Shown here one piece after another: positions 38,484 through 46,530 of a stretch of DNA of 64,000 nt. Position 1 is the stretch's first letter; each line of letters begins with the position of its first letter. The notes under the pieces were generated by a model, which was given only the letters and a program-made list of their open reading frames with translations, did not search any database and was not told the DNA's origin. The stretch is taken from the NCBI GenBank assembly GCA_964388245.1, contig CAYLZH010000001.1, forward strand, positions 774 to 64,773. Reading direction: 5' to 3'. The translations under genes and the position numbers were made by a program. This stretch comes from an uncultured Bacteroidales bacterium (GTDB lineage: Bacteria; Bacteroidota; Bacteroidia; Bacteroidales; M50B96).

Positions 38484-40619
38484 ATGGGAGCAAATGTAAT
38501 AGCTACTTCAACAGTATTACTGGTGATATTTTTTATCGCCATCGTGATACTCGTAATTAAAACCTACAAAAAGGCCGTCCAGGGCCAGGCCATTGTCCGA
38601 ACAGGCTCGGGTGGCACAAAAGTTTCCTTCAGTGGATTTTTTGTAATTCCCGTTCTGCACAAAATGGAAGTGATGGACATTACCATCAAAACAATCGTGA
38701 TTTCACGATTAGGGGTCGATGGGTTGATCTGTAAAGACAATATGCGGGCTGATATCAAGGTGTCGTTCTTTGTGCGGGTAAACAAAACCGTCGAGGATGT
38801 AATCCAGGTGGCACAAACGATCGGTTGCTACCGGGCTTCTTTCCAGGAATCGCTGGAAAATCTTTTCGATGCCAAATTCTCCGAGGCATTGAAAACCGTC
38901 GGTAAGCAGTTCGATTTTGTGGAGTTGTACAATTCGCGTGTGAAATTCAAAGAAGAGATTCTTCACACCATTGGCACAGACCTCAATGGCTATGTGCTCG
39001 ACGATTGTGCCATCGACTATCTCGAACAAACTCCTCTCGAAACTTTAAAAAGTGGTAATATTCTCGATGCTGAGGGTATAAAGAAAATTACCCAGCTTAC
39101 CGCCGAACAGATAGTGCTTGCCAACCAAATTGAACGCGACAAAGAAAAGACGATCAAGAAGCAGGACGTGGAAGCCCGGGAAACTATTCTTGAACTTGAA
39201 AAGCAACTGGCCGAAAAAGAGGAACAGCAAAAGCGCGAGATAGCATCGGCTGTAGCTCGTGAAGAAGCTGCCACTAAAAAAATTCAGGAAGAGCAACGAC
39301 AATTATCAGAGCAGGCCCGTATTGCTGCCGAAGAAGAAATCCAGATTGCCGAGCAGAATAAAGAGCGTCAGGTGATTGTGGCTGAGAAGAACAAGGAAAA
39401 GACCGAGGCCATCGAAACCGAGGCAGTACTGAAAGACAAGGAATTGGAAATTACCGAGCGCGAAAAAATCGTTACCCTGGCACAGATCGCAAAAGAGAAA
39501 TCGGTTGAGGAAGAAAAGAAAAACATCCAGGATGTGATCAAGCAGCGTGTAATGGTTGAAAAGGCAGTGGTTGAAGAAGAAGAAAAGATCAAGGATACCA
39601 AAGCTTTTGCCGGAGCAGAACGTGAGAAATCGGTTGCCATAAAATTGGCAGAAAAAGATGCTGAGGAAGGTTTGGTGAAAGAAATTAAAGCTGCTGAGGC
39701 TGATAAAACTGCTTCCGTTTTCAAAGCAGAACAAAAGCAGATTGAAGCAGAAGCTCAAAAACAAGCTTCATCGAAAGAAGCAGATGCGATAAAAATTATG
39801 GCCGAAGCAAAAGCTGCACAGGAGGCTGCCATTGGAATGGCTGAAGCACAGGTGATTGAGGCCAAAGCTGAAGCCAATCAAAAACAAGGTGAAGCCGAAG
39901 CTAATGTAATAGAGATGAAAGCAGTTGCCGAGGCTAAAGGAATAGAGGTTACCTCGGAGGCTGAAGCCGGAGCCACAAAGAAAATTGGTGTATCAGAAGC
40001 GGAGGTTATTAGTGCTAAAGCTGTTGCCGAAGAAGAAAAAGGTATGGCCGAAAATCGTGTGGCTCAAGAAAACTTTACCGTTGAGGCCAAGGGTATTGAA
40101 GAAAAAGCAGGAGCCATGAAGAAACTCGATGGTGTGGGCAAAGAGCACGAAGAATTCAAAATCCAGATTCAGAAAGAAAAAGATATCGAACTAGCCGAAA
40201 TCAATATTCAGAAAGATATCGCCGAGGCTCAGGCCAAAGTTATTGCCGAAGCCCTCAAAGCTGCTAATATCGATATCGTAGGCGGTGAAACCATGTTCTT
40301 TGAGCAAATAATGGGCGCCATCACCAAAGGTAAAAAAGTTGACCGTACTGTTGACAACAGCCATGTGTTAGCCGATTTAAAAGAACAGTTCTTCAACTCA
40401 GAAGGAGGCAAATCCTTCAAGGAAAATTTCCGTCACTTCATCGATCAGTTTGGCGTAAGTTCTGAAGACTTGAAAAACCTGAGCCTTTCGAATCTGCTAC
40501 TAAAGTTAAGCACAGAAGCTGATTCCGCTGAAGATAAAAGTATGTTCAGTGGTTTGCTCAACTCGGTAAGCTCTTTGGGACTGGCTGATAAAACTGCAAA
40601 AGAAATAGGTTTGGAATAA
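38484..40619 (+). CDS. Flotillin-family SPFH/Band-7 protein (YqiK-like) with long E/A/K-rich coiled coil
   Basis: An N-terminal TM helix (VLLVIFFIAIVILVI) is followed by an SPFH-like domain (QAIVRTGSGG..., MDITIKTIV..., ADIKVSFFVRV). About 350 aa of AEAEA/KEKE coiled coil follows, then a flotillin-type C-terminus. Confidence 0.85.
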   Translation: MGANVIATSTVLLVIFFIAIVILVIKTYKKAVQGQAIVRTGSGGTKVSFSGFFVIPVLHKMEVMDITIKTIVISRLGVDGLICKDNMRADIKVSFFVRVNKTVEDVIQVAQTIGCYRASFQESLENLFDAKFSEALKTVGKQFDFVELYNSRVKFKEEILHTIGTDLNGYVLDDCAIDYLEQTPLETLKSGNILDAEGIKKITQLTAEQIVLANQIERDKEKTIKKQDVEARETILELEKQLAEKEEQQKREIASAVAREEAATKKIQEEQRQLSEQARIAAEEEIQIAEQNKERQVIVAEKNKEKTEAIETEAVLKDKELEITEREKIVTLAQIAKEKSVEEEKKNIQDVIKQRVMVEKAVVEEEEKIKDTKAFAGAEREKSVAIKLAEKDAEEGLVKEIKAAEADKTASVFKAEQKQIEAEAQKQASSKEADAIKIMAEAKAAQEAAIGMAEAQVIEAKAEANQKQGEAEANVIEMKAVAEAKGIEVTSEAEAGATKKIGVSEAEVISAKAVAEEEKGMAENRVAQENFTVEAKGIEEKAGAMKKLDGVGKEHEEFKIQIQKEKDIELAEINIQKDIAEAQAKVIAEALKAANIDIVGGETMFFEQIMGAITKGKKVDRTVDNSHVLADLKEQFFNSEGGKSFKENFRHFIDQFGVSSEDLKNLSLSNLLLKLSTEADSAEDKSMFSGLLNSVSSLGLADKTAKEIGLE

Positions 40620-40626
40620 TTTGTAA

Positions 40627-40798
40627 ACGCAGAGACACAGAGACGCAGAGGAATTGTTAGTGTCCTCTGTGTCTCTATCGTGCAACTTCGTGATAAAACT
40701 ATTTCACTCTGTTTCACAAAGAACCACAGAGTTTCAAAAAGAAATATGAATCAATTCAAAGTATTAAAGTCCTTCTCTGCACCTCTGTATCTCTACGT
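40627..40798. mobile_element. MITE-like 172-bp element with ~24-bp terminal inverted repeats made of (A/G)CNCAGAG units
   Basis: The left end is acgcagagacacagagacgcagag (from 40627). The reverse complement of the right end (40798 back to 40775) is acgtagagatacagaggtgcagag, 20/24 identical by my hand alignment. TA flanks both ends. An internal 14-bp hairpin joins 40639-40652 and 40663-40676. Confidence 0.5.
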
Positions 40799-40812
40799 TA
40801 AAACAATAAACA

Positions 40813-43800
40813 ATGTCGTTGGAAGAAAAAAATAACATACAGGAAGCAATGAGTTCGGGTGTAGGACTCGAACAGGGAACTTATGAGATAATCCGAAACC
40901 GTTTGCTGGCCCAGGGCAAGGACTTGTACACCCGTCTTGGTAAGCTGAACGAAGAGCGCAAGCGTGTGTTTGGGGCTGTGGCAACCCAGCTATTGGCAAC
41001 CGAGCGCGTTACGACCGATAACAACTGCGTGCCGGTCGACATGTTCGCCTTCGACCATTCCTTCCTCTTTGGCTATAATGTGCTGATAGGCTTGAAAAAG
41101 GAGGTGGATATCTCGGATGTGTTCTCAATCTATGAGTATAGTGACCAAAACTTTCACCAGAAGGATTTGACTGTTTTGAGGGATGAAGAATTTCTGAAAG
41201 ATTTCAAAAATCTATACAAATATTACAAAGACACCAGGTTTCGAAAGTTTGCTTATATCGATTCGCACCTCTACATGGTGTTCCGTACAGGCAAGGGCAT
41301 GGCCGATGTCAAAACCTTTAAATGGCTGGTGGATGGTACAACGCTGGTTTATATTGACAACCGTAGCGACCATGAATATACCTACCCCAACCAACATGAG
41401 TTCGACTGGAAAAAGACCACACGTGATCAACAGCAAAAGGGGCAACACCCACATATTTCCATCGAAGATGAGGTATTTGTAGAAACCACCGAGGGTGACC
41501 TTACAATTAAAATTGAAAACAATACCGACACTGGGCAGGGAATTTTTGAGGAAGAGGTAGAACATAAAACCCAAACCCTCGACGATGCCGAAATCTATTA
41601 TGCCATCATCGACTCGTTGGTGGTGCTTAAAATAAAGCCTTACCATGAAGAAGATTTTCGCTACATCGTATATAACCAAAAGGTGAAGCAGGCCCACCGC
41701 ATCGACTCGCTGGAGGATAGCTGTGTGCTGTTGCCCGACGACCACGGGATTATCTTTGCCAATGGCTATTATTTACAAACAGGCGAGCTTAAGGTTTTCG
41801 ACCAGCAAATAGACGATATGTTGTTCGAAACCCGTATTGCTGCACCAAATGGAGAGGATTTTCTCTATGTCTTCTTCAATAAATCGACAGGAACTTACAT
41901 TCTTCTGTCGTACAATTTGATCGACCAAAAGGTGGACAAACCCATCGTTTGCCATGGTTATTCCATTTTCGATAATGGCGAATTGTGCTATTTCAAATCC
42001 GATGATGATCCAAAAAAACACCACGCCCTCCAGATTTGGCAAACGCCTTATTTAAGCCCCAATTATCAGCCTCCTGTGCAAAACGAAAGTTTTCTGTACA
42101 AGATCGGCAACAAGGATATTGTGAAGGGGATGGCCGAATGTAATGAGGTGCAGAACCTGATAATCAAGGACGAGACTTATGCCAATCTTTATTTCGATAT
42201 CCTGAAAAAGGCCACTGATGTGCTCGATTCCTATTATTGGATCGACAAGGAGGAATGTTTCCGTTTGGATGAACCATTGGCCGGCATAAAGGAAGCTTCG
42301 TCGATGGCTATTGGCGAGTACGAGAAAGTGGTGCAGATCAGGCAGTCGACACAAAAAGAATTCAACCGTGTTGTGGGCTTGTTTGATGAACTGAACCATT
42401 CCATCTTGGCTTCATCGCTCAAAGAGATTAACGATTTTGTAAACTTCCTTTCGGAGATCCGAAAGTTGCGGGGTGAGATTATTTCATTGAAAGACCTGCG
42501 CTATGTCGATCTGGATGCCGTGCAAAAGTACGAATCGCAGATGGTGGAACGCAACGAAAACCTGTCGATGGCTTGTGTTGAATTCCTTTTGAAAGAGGAA
42601 GCCCTGAACCCCTACCGCGAAAAAGTTGAGGCTGTGAACGACCGGGTTTCGGAAGTTGGCAAGGTGGTAGATGCTGATGAATTGGACGAGGAACTGGCCG
42701 CTATTGCCACCGAGTTGGAGATGCTCATCGAGATAGTGGGCAACCTGAAAATCCACGATGCCACTGAAACCACTCGCATCATCGATAATATCTCGGGCAT
42801 TTACGCCGAGTTTAATCTAAGTAAGGCGGCACTAAAAAATTGTAAGCGCGATCTGTTGGCCGTGGAAGGCAAGGCCGAGTTCAACTCGAAAATAAAACTC
42901 ATCCGCCAGGGCATTGTCAATTACATCGACCTGGCCGACTCGCCCGAAAAATGCGACGACTACCTGGCCAAGATAATGGTGCAGTTGGAAGAGTTGGAGG
43001 GAAAGTTCTCGGAGTTTCCCGAGTTTCTCGAAAAGCTGGCCACCGAGCGCGAGGAGAGCTACAATTCCTTTGAGTCGAAGAAAGTGAACCTGGTCGAAGA
43101 GCGCAACCGAAAGACTAATGCACTGTTCGCATCTGCGGAGCGCATTCTAAAGTCGATTGGCAACAAGGCATTTCAATATAAATCAACCAGCGAGATAAAC
43201 GGCTATTTTGCTTCCGATCCGATGATCGAAAAATTACGCTCGATCGTAGAGCAATTGATCGAGATGGAGGACAGCGTAAAGGCTGATGATATTCAAAGTC
43301 AGTTAAAAAGCATCCGCGAAGAATCCGTCCGTCAGTTAAAAGACAAGTCGGAGCTCTTCTTGCAGGGCGACAATGTGATCAGTTTTGGTCAGCACCATTT
43401 CCTGGTCAACACCCAACAATTGGGACTAACGATGGTGTACCGCAACAAGGAAATGTTCTATCACCTTACAGGAACAAACTTTTTCGAGACCGTTCAGGAC
43501 GAAGGTTTTGCTGCTACTCGTTTAGTTTGGGAACAAAGCCTGGTTTCGGAAAATCAAGATGTGTATCGGGGCGAGTACCTGGCATACAAAATATTCCAGA
43601 CAGCTAACTCGAACGAAGAAAACAGTGGTGGCCAAGGTGTCACCCTCAGTCAGTTAAAAGAATTTACGGATGAGGAGTTGATCGAATTTATTCGCAGATT
43701 CATGGCCACCCGCTACAACGAAGGCTATTTGAAAGGCGTACACGATGCGGATGCCGGAATCATTCTCCGATCTTTATTGAATATTCATTCGCATGCTGGA

Positions 43801-45735
43801 CTATTGCGATATGCAAGCCAAACCCGTGCTGCTGCCCAGTTCTTCTGGCAGGTAGGACTTCCGCAAAACGAAAAGCAAAACATAGTAAACAAACTGAATG
43901 GGGTTGGGGCTATTTTGGCCGTATTCCCTGACAGCAAAGAATTCCGATATATTGTGGATGGATTGGTAGAGAAAAATCATGAATATTCTCTACATCAGAA
44001 TATATTCCCTAACCTGAACATTGAAGGTGCCGCCAATTACCTTTTCGAAGAATTGATAGAGGACGAATCCTTTGTGATTGCGCCCGAGGCCTATCAACTG
44101 TTTGAATCCTTCCAGAAGTTCCTTTTTGAAAAAAAGGCGCGAAAACAATTTGCTGAATCCTTGGCAGCAGTTGAAGAACATTCTGAAACACGCTATAAGT
44201 TGATCTGCAATTGGGTGAATTCCTTCTTGCAACAATACAAATTGAAGAACCTGTTTCCGTATGCCTACGAGGTGGCCATGCTTATTTTCAATGGCACCCC
44301 AAACAAGGCGAAGGTTGTGGAAGTGTCGATCCATGAAGAGTTGAATGGCTTAAGTGGTTCGCACAGCATGATTGAGGAGGGCAAGCTCGAACTGCGCTAT
44401 GATAGTTTTATGCAATGCTTGTCTGATTACGAAAACACGGTAGTTAAGCAGTTCGGTCAGTTCGAGGGATTGAAAAAATCCCTGCTGAAAAACTATGAAT
44501 ACGAATTGCGATTGAACGAGTTTAAGCCTCGCATCCTGTCCTCCTTTGTTAGAAACCAGTTGATTAATGAAGTCTATCTACCTATTGTTGGTAGTAATCT
44601 AGCCAAGCAAATCGGTACGGCTGGCGAAAGCAAACGAACCGACCTGATGGGGCTTCTCCTTTTGATCTCTCCTCCGGGATATGGTAAAACCACTCTGATG
44701 GAATACATCGCCAATCGTCTCGGCATTATCTTTATGAAGGTGAACGGCCCGGCTCTTGGGCATAAAGTGGTATCGCTCGACCCGGCCGAGGCCAACAATG
44801 CGAGTGCCCGCGAAGAACTTGAAAAGCTCAACCTGGCCTTCGAGATGGGCGACAATGTGATGATTTACTTAGACGATATCCAGCACTGTAATCCTGAGCT
44901 TTTACAAAAGTTTATCAGCCTCTGCGATGCCCAACGAAAGATAGAGGGTGTGTATAAAGGCCGTGCCAAGACCTACGATTTCAAGGGTAAGAAAGTCTGT
45001 GTGGTAATGGCGGGAAATCCTTACACCGAGAGTGGCGAGAAATTCCAAATCCCGGATATGTTGGCCAACCGTGCCGACATTTACAACCTAGGGGATATTA
45101 TTGGCGACACCGAGGATGCCTTCAAGCAAAGCTATATCGAGAATGCCGTTACCTCCAACCTTGTGCTGGGCAAACTGGCAGCCAAAAGTGCCAAGGATAT
45201 TTATCCGCTCATCCGTTTAGCTGAAACGGGCAACAAGGAAGGATTGGAGTTCGAGGCTGATCATTCCCCTGCCGAATTGGGCGATTATGTCGAAATTCTG
45301 AAAAAGCTCTTTGCTGTTCGCGATGTCATCTATCGGGTAAACAAGGAGTACATTGCCTCGGCGGCCCAGTCGGACGAATTCCGAACAGAGCCAGCTTTCA
45401 AGCTCCAGGGCTCGTACCGCAACATGAACAAGATAGCCGAAAAGGTAGTGGCCGTGATGAACGACAAAGAATTGCAGACCCTTATCGAAGCCCACTACGA
45501 AAGCGAATCGCAAACATTAAGCAAGGACAGCGAGGCCAACATGCTCAAGTTCCGCGAGCTCATTGGCAAGCAAAGCAAAAAGGACAGCCTTCGATGGAAC
45601 GAAATCAAAGACACCTTCATGGAACACCAAAAAAGCAAGATGTACGGTGGCGATGCCGTTGGCCGTGTAGTAGCCGAAATGCAAAGCCTAAACCTGGGCT
45701 TGGAAGGTATTGCGAAGGTGATTGGGGGGAGGTAA
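40813..45735 (+). CDS. 1640-aa soluble protein of unknown function with a single C-terminal AAA+ ATPase core
   Basis: One long uninterrupted ORF. Walker A is PPGYGKTT (aa 1287-1294, nt 44671-44694). Walker B is VMIYLDD (aa 1349-1355, nt 44857-44877). VVMAGNP is sensor-1-like and LANRADIY is a possible Arg finger. I see no signal peptide or TM helix. The N-terminal ~420 aa are beta-rich and the central ~800 aa helical. Confidence 0.8.
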   Translation: MSLEEKNNIQEAMSSGVGLEQGTYEIIRNRLLAQGKDLYTRLGKLNEERKRVFGAVATQLLATERVTTDNNCVPVDMFAFDHSFLFGYNVLIGLKKEVDISDVFSIYEYSDQNFHQKDLTVLRDEEFLKDFKNLYKYYKDTRFRKFAYIDSHLYMVFRTGKGMADVKTFKWLVDGTTLVYIDNRSDHEYTYPNQHEFDWKKTTRDQQQKGQHPHISIEDEVFVETTEGDLTIKIENNTDTGQGIFEEEVEHKTQTLDDAEIYYAIIDSLVVLKIKPYHEEDFRYIVYNQKVKQAHRIDSLEDSCVLLPDDHGIIFANGYYLQTGELKVFDQQIDDMLFETRIAAPNGEDFLYVFFNKSTGTYILLSYNLIDQKVDKPIVCHGYSIFDNGELCYFKSDDDPKKHHALQIWQTPYLSPNYQPPVQNESFLYKIGNKDIVKGMAECNEVQNLIIKDETYANLYFDILKKATDVLDSYYWIDKEECFRLDEPLAGIKEASSMAIGEYEKVVQIRQSTQKEFNRVVGLFDELNHSILASSLKEINDFVNFLSEIRKLRGEIISLKDLRYVDLDAVQKYESQMVERNENLSMACVEFLLKEEALNPYREKVEAVNDRVSEVGKVVDADELDEELAAIATELEMLIEIVGNLKIHDATETTRIIDNISGIYAEFNLSKAALKNCKRDLLAVEGKAEFNSKIKLIRQGIVNYIDLADSPEKCDDYLAKIMVQLEELEGKFSEFPEFLEKLATEREESYNSFESKKVNLVEERNRKTNALFASAERILKSIGNKAFQYKSTSEINGYFASDPMIEKLRSIVEQLIEMEDSVKADDIQSQLKSIREESVRQLKDKSELFLQGDNVISFGQHHFLVNTQQLGLTMVYRNKEMFYHLTGTNFFETVQDEGFAATRLVWEQSLVSENQDVYRGEYLAYKIFQTANSNEENSGGQGVTLSQLKEFTDEELIEFIRRFMATRYNEGYLKGVHDADAGIILRSLLNIHSHAGLLRYASQTRAAAQFFWQVGLPQNEKQNIVNKLNGVGAILAVFPDSKEFRYIVDGLVEKNHEYSLHQNIFPNLNIEGAANYLFEELIEDESFVIAPEAYQLFESFQKFLFEKKARKQFAESLAAVEEHSETRYKLICNWVNSFLQQYKLKNLFPYAYEVAMLIFNGTPNKAKVVEVSIHEELNGLSGSHSMIEEGKLELRYDSFMQCLSDYENTVVKQFGQFEGLKKSLLKNYEYELRLNEFKPRILSSFVRNQLINEVYLPIVGSNLAKQIGTAGESKRTDLMGLLLLISPPGYGKTTLMEYIANRLGIIFMKVNGPALGHKVVSLDPAEANNASAREELEKLNLAFEMGDNVMIYLDDIQHCNPELLQKFISLCDAQRKIEGVYKGRAKTYDFKGKKVCVVMAGNPYTESGEKFQIPDMLANRADIYNLGDIIGDTEDAFKQSYIENAVTSNLVLGKLAAKSAKDIYPLIRLAETGNKEGLEFEADHSPAELGDYVEILKKLFAVRDVIYRVNKEYIASAAQSDEFRTEPAFKLQGSYRNMNKIAEKVVAVMNDKELQTLIEAHYESESQTLSKDSEANMLKFRELIGKQSKKDSLRWNEIKDTFMEHQKSKMYGGDAVGRVVAEMQSLNLGLEGIAKVIGGR

Positions 45736-45767
45736 GTCACGGATTGTAATTGGTGCCAAGATTTGAC

Positions 45768-45804
45768 AAAACCACGAGTGAGGAAATTCGCGGCAACACG
45801 GGGA
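45768..45804 (+). repeat. Hairpin repeat copy R1
   Basis: aaaccacgagtgaggaaattcgcggcaacacggggag aligns without gaps over 34 nt with R2 and with the reverse complement of R3. Confidence 0.6.
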
Positions 45805-45878
45805 GATTACAGGAATGAATTGTATATATGATTGGATTGAAGTAAATTTGAAGAAGATTTATCAAATGAGTGTGAAAT

Positions 45879-46205
45879 ATGAAATTGCCATCAAAAGCAG
45901 TAATTGCAGATGAAAAGATCAAAGCATATCTTTTATCCTATCGTAGAAGAAATGATAAATCTAAATGGCTTGAAAGAGCGGGCTATAACCAGGAAAACTG
46001 GAGTATCTTAAAAGTGGACATACAGGATCAGCTTCTTCCTTTGGATGCTGTTCCTGTAGAAGAGAATGAATACGGACAGATGTACAAGTTAATTGGCAGA
46101 CTTACTGGCCCAAACGGTAAGACCTTATTGGCATGTACAATTTGGATGGTGGAAAATGAAACGAAGTTACTTAAGTTTATCACGATGTTCCCATTTAAAA
46201 ATTGA
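45879..46205 (+). CDS. DUF6883-like small protein (first gene of a putative two-gene toxin-antitoxin-like cassette)
   Basis: At 108 aa it shows the pattern KI.AYLLS....KSK.....GY...NW..L........YGQMYKLIGRLTGPNGKTL...T.W, which matches my recollection of DUF6883. The next gene starts 6 nt after its stop. Confidence 0.6.
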   Translation: MKLPSKAVIADEKIKAYLLSYRRRNDKSKWLERAGYNQENWSILKVDIQDQLLPLDAVPVEENEYGQMYKLIGRLTGPNGKTLLACTIWMVENETKLLKFITMFPFKN

Positions 46206-46211
46206 ATTGAT

Positions 46212-46454
46212 ATGAAATATGAATTATACAAGGAAGTAGTCTTACTAAAAGACATTCCTGAAAAAAAATTAAAAAAGGGAGATGTTGCAACTATTGTGGA
46301 ATACCATCCATCAAAAACATCCAGCGATGGATATACCTTGGAGGTATTCAATACAATTGGAGATACGATAGCGGTATTGTCAGTGTCCGAAGCAGAAATC
46401 GAAACATTAAAGAAAAGTGAGGTCTTTAGTGTACGTCCTTTAGAAGTGGCATAA
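46212..46454 (+). CDS. DUF4926-like small protein (second gene of the cassette)
   Basis: At 80 aa, MKYELYKEVVLLKDIPEKKLKKGDVATIVEY....DGYTLEVF...GDTIAVLSV matches the DUF4926 SH3-like pattern as I recall it. Confidence 0.65.
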   Translation: MKYELYKEVVLLKDIPEKKLKKGDVATIVEYHPSKTSSDGYTLEVFNTIGDTIAVLSVSEAEIETLKKSEVFSVRPLEVA

Positions 46455-46494
46455 TATCTTTTTTCAACACTGCACCATGGATCCTTTCATTGAT

Positions 46495-46530
46495 AAACCA
46501 CGAGTGAGAACACTCGCGGCAGCGCGGGGG
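46495..46530 (+). repeat. Hairpin repeat copy R2, abutting the duplicated gene fragment
   Basis: In aaaccacgagtgagaacactcgcggcagcgcggggg the arms ccacgagtg and cactcgcgg pair at 8 of 9 positions. Its last base is the first base of the 210-nt duplicate. Confidence 0.65.

Noticed and set aside
39017-39764. Several 85-152-aa minus-strand ORFs lie inside the flotillin gene.
   Set aside because: They are low-complexity (F/L/S-rich) antisense readings of the GAA/GCT/AAA-rich coiled-coil region. There is no independent support for them.
40627-40798. I considered whether the CACAGAG-type repeats here and at 47491-47522 and 48869-48909 are a CRISPR array.
   Set aside because: The units are 7-8 nt, tandem or inverted, with no regular 25-40-nt repeats or spacers. 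No cas genes are present.
41212-41745. A 177-aa minus-strand ORF, and others, lie inside the giant AAA+ gene.
   Set aside because: They are fully embedded antisense to a long, coherent plus-strand ORF. They have no recognisable motifs or plausible start context.
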